A stretch of DNA of 64,000 bases from Myxococcota bacterium (GTDB taxonomy: Bacteria > Myxococcota_A > SURF-8 > G963663525): contig CAXXVK010000054.1 of the NCBI GenBank assembly GCA_963676915.2, positions 1-64,000 of the forward strand, read 5' to 3'. The notes beneath the pieces were generated by a model that ran no database searches, had not been told where the DNA came from, and saw nothing but the letters and a program-made list of their open reading frames with translations. This document shows, piece after piece, positions 35,784 to 45,493 of the stretch; the first letter of the stretch is position 1; each line of letters opens with the position of its first letter. Position numbers and translations under genes: made by a program.

Positions 35784-36983
35784 TCAGGGTGTACCCGCCA
35801 GTTTACGGCTTCGGTTGTGCAAGGTCATGTGACCTCGCTGAATTCCTTCCGTTGCCAACGCTCGTAACGCTGCGAAATTGTTTGCCAATCCTGCCGTGGC
35901 GGCGGCAATGGCAAGCTCTTCGGCGCTTTTGGTGTCGAGAATTTTAAGTGCGAGTCGTGCCGTGGGGTGGATTTTCGTTGCTCCACCGACAATTCCTACG
36001 GCCATGGGGATCGTCATTGATCCTTTCAAGGCTTTATCCGGGGTGGTTTCCCATACAGACAATGAACGATACTGACCGTTTCGCGCGGCATAAGCATGTG
36101 CGCCCGCCTCTACGGCGCGCCAGTCATTGCCTGTGGCTAGCAATACGGCATCGATGCCGTTCATAATTCCTTTATTATGGGTCGCTGCACGGTATGGATC
36201 GAGCCAGGCAAAGCGGGTGGCTGAAACGATACGGTCGCGGATTTCTTCGGCTGAAAAGTCTTCGGATTTCAAGGCATTTAGAGGTATTTTGGCTTCAACC
36301 GTCACCGTGCGCTGGTCGGCGAGATTCGAAAGAATTCTTAGATTGGGGGATACGGGGAGGCGTTCTTCCCAGACTTCCGCCAGACGTTCGGCCATGGTGT
36401 TGATGGCGTTGGCACCCATGGCGTCGCAGACTTCAACGACCAAATGCACTACGAGAAACACCGAGCCGTCGAGATCGTCTTCTATACGGCGAACGCTCAT
36501 ATCCACGGCTCCGCCTCCGACAGAGACCAGTCCGGGATCGGCCTCGTTCGCAATGGCAAGCCATTCCTCTTTGTTTTCAAGAAGTTTTAGACGCACGGCT
36601 TCGGGATCATCCGTGAGAAGCTGAATTTGTCCGATCATTCGAGAGCCGCTATACGTGGCCGAAAAACCTCCACCTTGACGAATCAGGCGGGCCGCGTTGG
36701 CGCAGGCGGCTACGACGGATGGTTCCTCGATCACCATCGGGATCAGGTATTCACGATTGTTGATCAGAAAATTTGGGGCGACGGAGAAGGGCAGGGCGTA
36801 GCGCCCGAGTACGTTTTCGACCAGTTCTTCGGCGTGGGTCGAACTCAAGCCGCCGGAATCCAGCAGATTTTCCAACTCGTAAGCGTCTTCTTGAACCCAA
36901 TGAGCGACATCGTTGATGCGACCTTCACGACCGATACGATGCCATCCGCTTTTTCGCGACGTACGTTTTATTTTCAGAGTCAT
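35784..36983 (-). CDS. mvaA: Class II HMG-CoA reductase
   Basis: ENVLG, PMVIEEPSVVAA, DAMGANAINT, RILSNL, ATHNKGIMNG, GNDWRAVEAGAH, EGIQRGHM. Confidence 0.95.
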   Translation of the reverse strand: MTLKIKRTSRKSGWHRIGREGRINDVAHWVQEDAYELENLLDSGGLSSTHAEELVENVLGRYALPFSVAPNFLINNREYLIPMVIEEPSVVAACANAARLIRQGGGFSATYSGSRMIGQIQLLTDDPEAVRLKLLENKEEWLAIANEADPGLVSVGGGAVDMSVRRIEDDLDGSVFLVVHLVVEVCDAMGANAINTMAERLAEVWEERLPVSPNLRILSNLADQRTVTVEAKIPLNALKSEDFSAEEIRDRIVSATRFAWLDPYRAATHNKGIMNGIDAVLLATGNDWRAVEAGAHAYAARNGQYRSLSVWETTPDKALKGSMTIPMAVGIVGGATKIHPTARLALKILDTKSAEELAIAAATAGLANNFAALRALATEGIQRGHMTLHNRSRKLAGTP

Positions 36984-37084
36984 TTCAAGCGCCTTCCACT
37001 CGAAGAATTCAGGTCTGTGCAAGTGGAAGGAAGTCTAACGGATGTTACGGATTTAATCTAGCTCGAAAGTGGTTTCTTGCGAAG

Positions 37085-38308
37085 TCAGACCACCGAATAC
37101 CCGGCTTGACGAATCGCAGCTGCGAGTTTGTCGCTGTCGAGGTTGTCTCCGGCGATAGATACTTGTCCGGTTTCGAGATCCGGCGAAGCCTCTTTGACTT
37201 CTTCGAACGATTCAAGAACTTTTTTCACATTGGCCACACAATGGGGGCAACTCATTCCTTTGACATTCAGTACGAGATCCATATCTTCTACCTTCCCAGG
37301 GGACGCCGCGAATTTTCCGACAACGCGTCTACCCAGCAAAAAAGCCAACAAAATCAGTAACACAACGGCACTTAACACCGAGAGCCATCCGGTTTCTTGG
37401 TGCATATGCGCCGCATGGGCTGTTCCAGTACCTAAAACGAAGTCGAACGCCAGTCCGAATCCAATGCTGAAAACCGCCACAACGCCAAGATATACGGCCA
37501 ATAGACGAGCACCGAATCCACGGTACACGGCTCCCAAGGTTGCCAGGTTGCTTGCGGGACCGGCCATCAGAAAAACAAGCGCTGTGCCTAGTGGCATCCC
37601 GGCGGCTATCAACGAAGCCGCGATAGGTACCGAGCCAGTGCTACACACGTATAAGGGTAAGGAAATCAACAACATAAGGAGCATTCCGCCGATGCCTTGT
37701 GTCCACTCCTGCTGAAAGAAAAATCCCTCGGGAGCCGCTACCGAAATCGCCGCCGCTGCCAGGACGCCGATGACGATCCAGCCATCGAGCATAGCCAGCA
37801 AATCGAAAATCGCATAATCGAATACGGCCAACAGGCGGTTCGATGGTTTTTCTTCCGTCGGAACTTGGACCATCGGCAAAAATACCGGCTCCTCAGGATC
37901 GTTTTTCGACACCACGTTCGCCAGCAACCCGCCGACAACGCCCGTAACGAAGGCTGCACCGACTTTAAACAAAGCGAAGGGCCAGCCTAAAAACGATGCA
38001 CTGACGAGAATCGAATCCACCCCCGTTTGTGGGGTGCTGATGAGAAAGCCCGTAGCCGCTCCTTTCGAAGCGCCTTCGTTTTTCAGTCCGATCGCTGTCG
38101 GTACCACACCACAGGAGCACAATGGCATCGGCACGCCGACCAGCACGGCACGTACGACGCTTTTCCAATTTTTCCCGTTCAATTGCCGACGAATCAGATT
38201 TTTCGGCAAAAAGACGTGAAGCACTCCGGCAACGACAAGACCCAACAGCAACGAGGGACTCAGGTCCAACATTATCCGCCACAGTTCAATGAAAAAGCGC
38301 TCAACCAT
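37085..38308 (-). CDS. ArsP/SO_0444-family permease with a C-terminal HMA domain (heavy-metal efflux)
   Basis: PLCSCGVVP, FLISTPQTGVDS, PLYVCSTGSVPIAA, FLMAGPA, GMSCPHC. Confidence 0.9.
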   Translation of the reverse strand: MVERFFIELWRIMLDLSPSLLLGLVVAGVLHVFLPKNLIRRQLNGKNWKSVVRAVLVGVPMPLCSCGVVPTAIGLKNEGASKGAATGFLISTPQTGVDSILVSASFLGWPFALFKVGAAFVTGVVGGLLANVVSKNDPEEPVFLPMVQVPTEEKPSNRLLAVFDYAIFDLLAMLDGWIVIGVLAAAAISVAAPEGFFFQQEWTQGIGGMLLMLLISLPLYVCSTGSVPIAASLIAAGMPLGTALVFLMAGPASNLATLGAVYRGFGARLLAVYLGVVAVFSIGFGLAFDFVLGTGTAHAAHMHQETGWLSVLSAVVLLILLAFLLGRRVVGKFAASPGKVEDMDLVLNVKGMSCPHCVANVKKVLESFEEVKEASPDLETGQVSIAGDNLDSDKLAAAIRQAGYSVV

Positions 38309-38513
38309 AGGTATCTTCCAAGAAATATGAACAACTCTACTAACGTTCTGGACAATAAAATAACAAGTTTTACGTGTTCGTTCAAGGGGGTAAGCGGAAG
38401 TTTCCTTGGTTTTTTATCGGGAAAATGGATTGGTTCGTGAACGAGTGGAGAGTGCGGTATTCACTGAGACTGCAGAAGACAGGGAGCAATTTGTATGAGA
38501 AAAAGAAAAACCC

Positions 38514-41500
38514 TTACGAATCAAGCACTTCTCGAAGCTTTCGCGACAGTTCTTTGGGACCATATGGTTTACCGATAAAGTGAATGCCTGAATCTAGGAC
38601 GCCGTGATGAGCAATCACGTTTTCCGTGTATCCGGAGGTGAAAAGAACTTTAAGGTCCGGATTGAGCTGTTTGAGAGCTTCGGCCAGTTCTTTTCCGTTC
38701 ATCTTTGGCATGACTACATCGGTGAGCAAAACATCTATGGTTCCTTCGTTGGTTTCAGCTACCTGTTTTCCCTCGATGCCATTTCGTGCTTCGAGAGGAT
38801 TATAACCCAGGCGTTTCAGGATTTTCACCGCCATTTTTCGCACAATCGGTTCGTCCTCGACCACCAACACGGTTTCCGCACCTTTGGAAAAAACAACCGG
38901 TGTTTTTCCTATTTTTTCAGGTTGTTCGGTGTTTTTTTCTAGAATGGGAAGATACAATTTGAAGGTCGTGCCTTCACCGATTTCCGAATAGACCTGTACG
39001 TGCCCTTTGTGTTGTTTGATAATCCCGATAACGGTGGACAACCCAAGACCGGAGTGGCTGCTTCGTGGTTTCGTAGAATAAAACGGTTCGAAAATCTTTG
39101 CCAAAGACTCTTGAGGGATGCCATGTCCGGTGTCGGTTATGGCCAAGAATATGTATGTGCCCGGTTTTACTTCGAAATGACTGTCACAATAAGATTCGTC
39201 CAATGTGGTTTCGGCCGTTTCGATAAGTAATTTTCCTCCTTTGGGCATGGCGTCTCGTGCATTGATGGCGAGGTTTATTAACATTTGTTCCACTTGACTG
39301 GGATCGGCCTTGACCGAAGCGATGTTCTCCTGCAATTCCAAGGTCAAGATAATATCTTCGCCGATGATACGCTTGATCATCTGCACCATGCTTCGTACGG
39401 ATTCGTTAAGCTGCAAGGGTTTGGGTTTGATGATCTGTTTGCGACTGAAGGCAAGAAGCTGTTTGACGAGTTCCGCAGCCCGATTCGAAGCCTGTATGAT
39501 TTCCGTGAACGTTTCGTACATCGGATCATCTGGGGGCGTTTCCATTTTCGCTAAAAGTATATTTCCGGAAATACCGGTCAGCAAGTTGTTGAAATCGTGA
39601 GCGATTCCCCCAGCTAGACGACCGATGGACTCCAATTTCTGAGTTTGCCTTAGTTGTTCCTCCAGCTTTTCCTTGTCGCCTTCAGCTTTTTTCAGTTCTG
39701 TGAGATCCAACACCACGCCTCCGATGGCGAGGATGTTTTTCTCTGAATCGAGAATCGGAAAATAGGAACCGAAACAGAAAATCGTTTGATCGTCCGATGT
39801 TTTGGCCAGGAAATCCAGGGTTTGAGAATGGCGGGTTTTCAGAACGGATTCTACGATTTTATCGTGATGGCGAATGGTATCGAAATTATCGAAGACTTCG
39901 TAAGAAAGTCCTACAATGTCTTCTATCTGTCTATGAAGAAGCCGCGCCAACGTTTCGTTGACCGAAAGAAACTGCCCTTTGGGTTTGGCTTCGAAAATCA
40001 CCAGTCCAACGGGGGAATAGTCGAAAAACGCCCGTAGACGAGCCTCGCTCGATTGCAGAGCGTCTTTGGCTTTTTTTTGCTCGGTAATGTCGGAAATGTA
40101 ACCTTCTAAAATGTCTGAAGATTCGGAATGAACTGAAACTCCTTGTTCGTGTACCCAACGAACGTCACCGGATTTGTTGATGATTCGATATTCCAACTCG
40201 AACCGTTGTTTTTTATGAATCCCTTCTTCGACGACATCCCACACTTTTTGTCTATCCTCGGGATGGACCAACTCTCCGAAAGATATTGTACGGTTGTCGA
40301 TCAGATCTTCCTGGGAGTAGCCTGTTAACGACTCGCAGCCTTTGCTGACGAATTCCATCGTCCAGTTTTGGTCTACACGGCAACGATAGGCTACGCCGGG
40401 GAGGTTATTGAACAGGGTTTTGAGCTTGCGTTTGTTTTCCCGTAACTCCTCTTCAGCTACTTTTCGTTCGGTAATGTCTCTCAGGTGTTCGATAACATTA
40501 ACGATTTTTCCATTTTCGTTTAAAACCGGATAAGATCGTACATCCAGCCATATATTAAATTCGGGTACGAATTTTACCACTTTGGCTGGTTTTTTTGTTT
40601 TGTAAGTTTCTGAGGTTGCACATACTTCGCAAGGACGGTTTCTTCCGATCAGTTCGAAGCAGCGTTTCCCAATGACTCCTTCATGCGTTGTTTGAAGAAA
40701 TGCGTATCCTGCTTCGTTGTAGCGAATGATTCGATGGTTTCGGTCCTGAACTCCTATCACATCGGGAATGGCATTTAGGACGGATTCCAGCAGCCGACCG
40801 ATTTCTTTTTCCCTCTCATTGCTCGCCAGTAGCTCTTCGTAGGCGGCTTTTCGTTCGGTAATATCTTCACCACTACTGAGAATCCCCGTTATTGTACCGT
40901 TGTCGTCCTTAAAAAAAGTATTGTGCCACGAAATGACCCGTTCTTCGCCAGAAGACGTGATAACGGGATTTTCGTAGGACTCAACCAACTCCCTATTTCC
41001 TTCGACCAGTTGGTTGAATACGTTGCGGACTTCTTCTTTGTTTTCGGAGGGAATACACAGGTCGAACCAATTCTGACCAATCAGTTCGTTGCTAGGATAT
41101 CCTAGAATTTCACACGCTTTATTGTTTACGTGCTGAATTGTTTCGTCGGATCGTAAAAAAACAAACATTACACTTGCCAGGTTGAAATATATTTCTGCTT
41201 TATTCTTGGCGGAAGTGACTTTTTCCTGCAGTAAAGTTCTTTCGGTTACATCTCGGAAAACACAATAAAATTGTAAAAAATAATCGTCCGGTTTTTTGTA
41301 AAACCGCCCATCAAGCAAAACATTGCGCACGGTACCGTCCGAAGCGATCAATTCCAGCTCGAAATCATGCACTTTGCCGTCTTTTTTAAACCTCGAATAA
41401 TGGGTCTCGAATTCTTTTCGTGAGGCTTCTGATAACAACCGATCGATTCCTTGACCTATGACTTCTTCACGAGAGTAACCTGTCAACTCGGTCCACGTAC

Positions 41501-42113
41501 GATTGACAGCCAGAATGGAGGCTTCTCCATCCAGCATGACAAACGGCAAGGGCGCTCTTTCAAAAACAGAGCGGAATTTTTCTTCACTTTCCCGTAGGGT
41601 TTCTTCGGTTTGTTTGAATGCGGTAATGTCTCGGCCCAAACCGACGATTTCTTTTAAATTATCGTTTTCATCGCATATCCCTCTTACAATCCACCGGAAC
41701 CACCGCCATCCCGATGCGGTTTTAGCGCGTTCGACATGTTGGGTTTTGTGGGGTGGATCATGTAGAGTGCTTAACGAAGCTTCTACAATAGGACGATCCT
41801 CTTCGTGAATCAGTGGTTTGAATTCCGCTCCGATCAACTCTTCTTTTGTTTTTCCGAATGTTTTGCAGTAGGAAGGATTTACATATTTAAATCGGTGCTG
41901 GAGGTCTATATTTACAATAAGGTCGTCCTGGTTTTCCACCAGTATTCGATAAAAATCTTCGCTATCGTCTTTTTGTAATGGTTTGTATGAAACTGAAGAC
42001 GTACTGCCGGTTTTAAGATCTTGAATTTTTTCGTTCAGGTCTTTGATTTCTTGCTGCGCAAGTGTCAGTTCGGCAATTAATTCGCTTTTATCCTTATCAA
42101 CGATACTACTCAT
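38514..42113 (-). CDS. Multi-PAS hybrid sensor histidine kinase with receiver domain
   Basis: About 6 PAS/PAC units (DITE/DVTE ends); LAGGIAHDFNNLL; NARDAM; DTGHGI; FEPFYSTK; GLGL; receiver VVEDE...DVVMP...KPY. Confidence 0.95.
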   Translation of the reverse strand: MSSIVDKDKSELIAELTLAQQEIKDLNEKIQDLKTGSTSSVSYKPLQKDDSEDFYRILVENQDDLIVNIDLQHRFKYVNPSYCKTFGKTKEELIGAEFKPLIHEEDRPIVEASLSTLHDPPHKTQHVERAKTASGWRWFRWIVRGICDENDNLKEIVGLGRDITAFKQTEETLRESEEKFRSVFERAPLPFVMLDGEASILAVNRTWTELTGYSREEVIGQGIDRLLSEASRKEFETHYSRFKKDGKVHDFELELIASDGTVRNVLLDGRFYKKPDDYFLQFYCVFRDVTERTLLQEKVTSAKNKAEIYFNLASVMFVFLRSDETIQHVNNKACEILGYPSNELIGQNWFDLCIPSENKEEVRNVFNQLVEGNRELVESYENPVITSSGEERVISWHNTFFKDDNGTITGILSSGEDITERKAAYEELLASNEREKEIGRLLESVLNAIPDVIGVQDRNHRIIRYNEAGYAFLQTTHEGVIGKRCFELIGRNRPCEVCATSETYKTKKPAKVVKFVPEFNIWLDVRSYPVLNENGKIVNVIEHLRDITERKVAEEELRENKRKLKTLFNNLPGVAYRCRVDQNWTMEFVSKGCESLTGYSQEDLIDNRTISFGELVHPEDRQKVWDVVEEGIHKKQRFELEYRIINKSGDVRWVHEQGVSVHSESSDILEGYISDITEQKKAKDALQSSEARLRAFFDYSPVGLVIFEAKPKGQFLSVNETLARLLHRQIEDIVGLSYEVFDNFDTIRHHDKIVESVLKTRHSQTLDFLAKTSDDQTIFCFGSYFPILDSEKNILAIGGVVLDLTELKKAEGDKEKLEEQLRQTQKLESIGRLAGGIAHDFNNLLTGISGNILLAKMETPPDDPMYETFTEIIQASNRAAELVKQLLAFSRKQIIKPKPLQLNESVRSMVQMIKRIIGEDIILTLELQENIASVKADPSQVEQMLINLAINARDAMPKGGKLLIETAETTLDESYCDSHFEVKPGTYIFLAITDTGHGIPQESLAKIFEPFYSTKPRSSHSGLGLSTVIGIIKQHKGHVQVYSEIGEGTTFKLYLPILEKNTEQPEKIGKTPVVFSKGAETVLVVEDEPIVRKMAVKILKRLGYNPLEARNGIEGKQVAETNEGTIDVLLTDVVMPKMNGKELAEALKQLNPDLKVLFTSGYTENVIAHHGVLDSGIHFIGKPYGPKELSRKLREVLDS

Positions 42114-42566
42114 GATGCGCTAACCTTGAAGGTTTGAAAGGATGCATTTTCAAGGAAGTACAGTGTTGTTGTTCCCTTGATGTTTTTTCAAAATACCGTG
42201 TTTGCAAAGGGAGTTTCGCAAAGATGTTGATCGTGTGGATCACGCAAACACGACGACTTAAAATTACCCACCGAATGAAGAGAAATCTGGGTAACGGAAG
42301 ATAGAGGTATTTCAAATTTTGAATATTGTCTTTGTAACTTTGACAAGCTGACATAACTTTGACCATAAATCAAGAGAAAGACACATGAATTTTTTGCAAT
42401 ATTTCGGGAAAATTCACATGCATTTTCTGGTTGTCTGCTTGACTCTCGGTTGAATCAGGATAAGATACTATCTTTCTCGCATGGGGGGGGCGGACTACTG
42501 TCCGTTCGTGAACCTGCGGGAATATTTGCCCTTTTTCTCATCTTTTTTTGGATCGGTGTAATAACC

Positions 42567-45380
42567 ATGGAGTACCGCAACACAATCAGGCTACCGAAAA
42601 CCAAGTTCAAGATGAAAGCCAGTCTGGCGCAACGCGAACCGGGATGGCTGAAGCAATGGGAGGAATCCAGGCTGTACGAGCGCATTATCGAGACGAACGT
42701 CGGACACGACAAGTTCGTCTTGCACGATGGTCCGCCGTATGCCAACGGAAAGATTCACTCCGGTACGGCACTCAATAAAATTCTCAAGGATTTCGTGATT
42801 AAATTCAAGAACATGAGCGGTCTTCGCTCCGAGTACGTACCCGGTTGGGACTGCCATGGCCTGCCCATCGAATTGGCCACGCTCAAGCAGTTTGGTGATA
42901 AGAAAGATTTCACCAAAAGTGAACTGCGTGCTCAGTGCCGGAAATATGCCCATAAATTCATTAACTTGCAGCGCGAGCAATTTCGTCGTCTAGGTGTTCT
43001 GGGAAACTGGGAAGATCCTTATCTGACCTTGACGCCCGGATACGAGGCCGCCATTGTCCGTGCTTTCGGCGATCTGGTGGACACTGGAAATCTTTACAAG
43101 GGTCGTAAACCCGTCTATTGGGATTGCGCCTTGGGTACGGCGTTGGCCGAGGCGGAAATCGCCTACAACGACCACCATCGTTCTCCTTCCGTTTACGTGG
43201 CGTTTCCGCTGAAAGGTTCGCTGGACGACCGCGTGCCAGAACTGAAAGAGTACAAAACCCACGTTGTGATCTGGACCACCACCCCGTGGACGTTGCCCGC
43301 AAACCTGGGTATCAGTCTGCACCCGGATTACGAATATGTCGCCGTGACTATCGACGACAGCAAGAACGCCTATATCATGGCGGATTACCTTCGTCCCGCC
43401 GTGGCGGATGCCTGTGGTTGGAACGAGACGAAAGTTTTGGCTACATTCTCAAGCAAGGTTCTGGAAGGTCGTTCGGCACGGCATCCGTGGATCGATCGCG
43501 ATTCAGTGATTCTGTTTGGTGGTCATGTCACTCTCGATGCCGGTACAGGATGTGTACACACGGCTCCCGGTCATGGTGCGGAAGACTACGTGATCGGACT
43601 GGAAAACGGTTTGGATATTTACTCTCCGGTCAACGCCGAAGGGCGTTTTGTGGAGGAAGTGGACCATTGGGCGGGTGAATTCGTCTTCGACGCCAACCCG
43701 AAAATCGTTCAGTTCATGCATGACGAGGGATACCTGCTCAATCCTCCCGACCAGTTTGTGGAGCACAGCTATCCATACGGTGAACGTAGCGAAACCCCGG
43801 TGATTTTCCGTGCGACCGATCAATGGTTCTTGTCCATCGATAAAAACGGATTGCGGCAGCGCGCACTGGAGGAAATCTCCAAAGTGCGGTGGATTCCTTC
43901 TTACGGTGAGGATCGCATTCGGGCGATGATGACCGACCGTCCCGACTGGTGTTTGAGTCGTCAGCGCTCCTGGGGCGTTCCGATTCCTGTGTTTTATTGC
44001 AAGGATTGCGGTGAAACGTTGCTGGATAAGGGATTGATTTCCCATTTCGCGGATCAGGTTGAAAAAGACACCACCGATATCTGGTTCAGCAAGGAAGCGT
44101 CTGAATTGTTGCCGGAAGGCACTCGTTGCCTCAAATGCGGAAGTGGAGAATTCACGAAAGATACCAACATTTTGGACGTTTGGTTCGATTCCGGCGTAAG
44201 TTGGTCGGCGGTCTGTGAAAATGACGAGCGACTGGGAACTCCGGTGGATTTGTACCTGGAAGGCTCCGACCAGCACCGTGGCTGGTTCAACTCGTCGCTC
44301 GTGACCAGTGTGGCAACCCGCGATCAAGCCCCGTACCGTCAGGTATTGACCCACGGTTTCGTGGTGGATGGTCAGGGTAACAAGATGTCGAAACGGTTGG
44401 GGAATTTCATTCCGCCCGAAGATATCATCAACAAGCATGGAGCCGAAATCCTGCGTCTGTGGGTTGCCGCCGAAGACTACCGGATGGATATTCGTCTCAG
44501 TGACGAAATTCTGGCTCGGCTATCCGAAGCCTATCGGAAAATCCGTAATACCGCTCGTTTCATGTTGGGGAACCTCGCTGATTTCGATCCCAACACCCAG
44601 CGGGTGCCGTTCGAGGAACTGCCGTTGCTCGAAAAGTGGGTGATGGCGAAACTGTACGATCTCGTCGAACGTTGCCGACAGGCCTACGACAACTACGATT
44701 TCCATGTCGTCTATCATCGCAGTCTCGATTTCTGCACCACGGCGTTAAGCCAGTTTTACTTGGATATCCGCAAGGATACGCTGTACATCGAGGAAGCCGA
44801 CGGATTGGCTCGGCGTGCCTGCCAGACCGTGATGTTCGATACATTGACGGCTCTGATTCGTGTGCTGGCTCCGATCACCGTGTTTACCAGCGAGGAAGTC
44901 TGGGGATTTTTGCCCGAGTTCGAAGGCAAAGCTTCTTCGGTGCATCTGGCGGACTTCCCCAAAGTGGACGAAACCTGGAAAAATGCAGAATTGACCGAAC
45001 GTTTCGGGAAGCTGATCCAGGTGCGCGATGTCGTCCTGCGGGATCTGGAAGCCATGCGGCGGGATAAAATCATCGGTAGCAGCTTGGCGGCGAAGGTTCT
45101 GCTCTCGGCCACAGGCGACTGGAAAGCCGCGCTGGAAGACGAAAAAGACTGGCTCGACAAACTGTTCATCACCTCCGAAGTTCAATTGATGGACGACGTA
45201 CCGGAAGGCTCCGATTGCGAAGAGATTCCGGGACTGAAAGTCCAGGTGCTCAAGGCCGAAGGTCAGAAATGCGAGCGATGTTGGACCTTTAGCACGCATG
45301 TCGGCGAGGACTCCGACTTCCCGGATATCTGCCCTCGCTGTGCTGCCGTACTGCACGCTGAAGGCGTCGTGCCGGAATGA
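42567..45380 (+). CDS. ileS: Isoleucine--tRNA ligase (type 1)
   Basis: LHDGPPYANG, GWDCHGLPIE, WTTTPWTLP, GTGCVHTAPGHG, EGSDQHRGWF, KMSK, C-terminal CERC...CPRC zinc site. Confidence 0.98.
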   Translation: MEYRNTIRLPKTKFKMKASLAQREPGWLKQWEESRLYERIIETNVGHDKFVLHDGPPYANGKIHSGTALNKILKDFVIKFKNMSGLRSEYVPGWDCHGLPIELATLKQFGDKKDFTKSELRAQCRKYAHKFINLQREQFRRLGVLGNWEDPYLTLTPGYEAAIVRAFGDLVDTGNLYKGRKPVYWDCALGTALAEAEIAYNDHHRSPSVYVAFPLKGSLDDRVPELKEYKTHVVIWTTTPWTLPANLGISLHPDYEYVAVTIDDSKNAYIMADYLRPAVADACGWNETKVLATFSSKVLEGRSARHPWIDRDSVILFGGHVTLDAGTGCVHTAPGHGAEDYVIGLENGLDIYSPVNAEGRFVEEVDHWAGEFVFDANPKIVQFMHDEGYLLNPPDQFVEHSYPYGERSETPVIFRATDQWFLSIDKNGLRQRALEEISKVRWIPSYGEDRIRAMMTDRPDWCLSRQRSWGVPIPVFYCKDCGETLLDKGLISHFADQVEKDTTDIWFSKEASELLPEGTRCLKCGSGEFTKDTNILDVWFDSGVSWSAVCENDERLGTPVDLYLEGSDQHRGWFNSSLVTSVATRDQAPYRQVLTHGFVVDGQGNKMSKRLGNFIPPEDIINKHGAEILRLWVAAEDYRMDIRLSDEILARLSEAYRKIRNTARFMLGNLADFDPNTQRVPFEELPLLEKWVMAKLYDLVERCRQAYDNYDFHVVYHRSLDFCTTALSQFYLDIRKDTLYIEEADGLARRACQTVMFDTLTALIRVLAPITVFTSEEVWGFLPEFEGKASSVHLADFPKVDETWKNAELTERFGKLIQVRDVVLRDLEAMRRDKIIGSSLAAKVLLSATGDWKAALEDEKDWLDKLFITSEVQLMDDVPEGSDCEEIPGLKVQVLKAEGQKCERCWTFSTHVGEDSDFPDICPRCAAVLHAEGVVPE

Positions 45381-45493
45381 TCGACGTTTTATATGTCGCT
45401 TGATCCGAACCGATGCCAAACGGACCGATTTCGATGGCATGGTCCCGGTTTTCGGGATCATGCCTTTTTTGTAACTTCCCCGGAATTTCTCCG

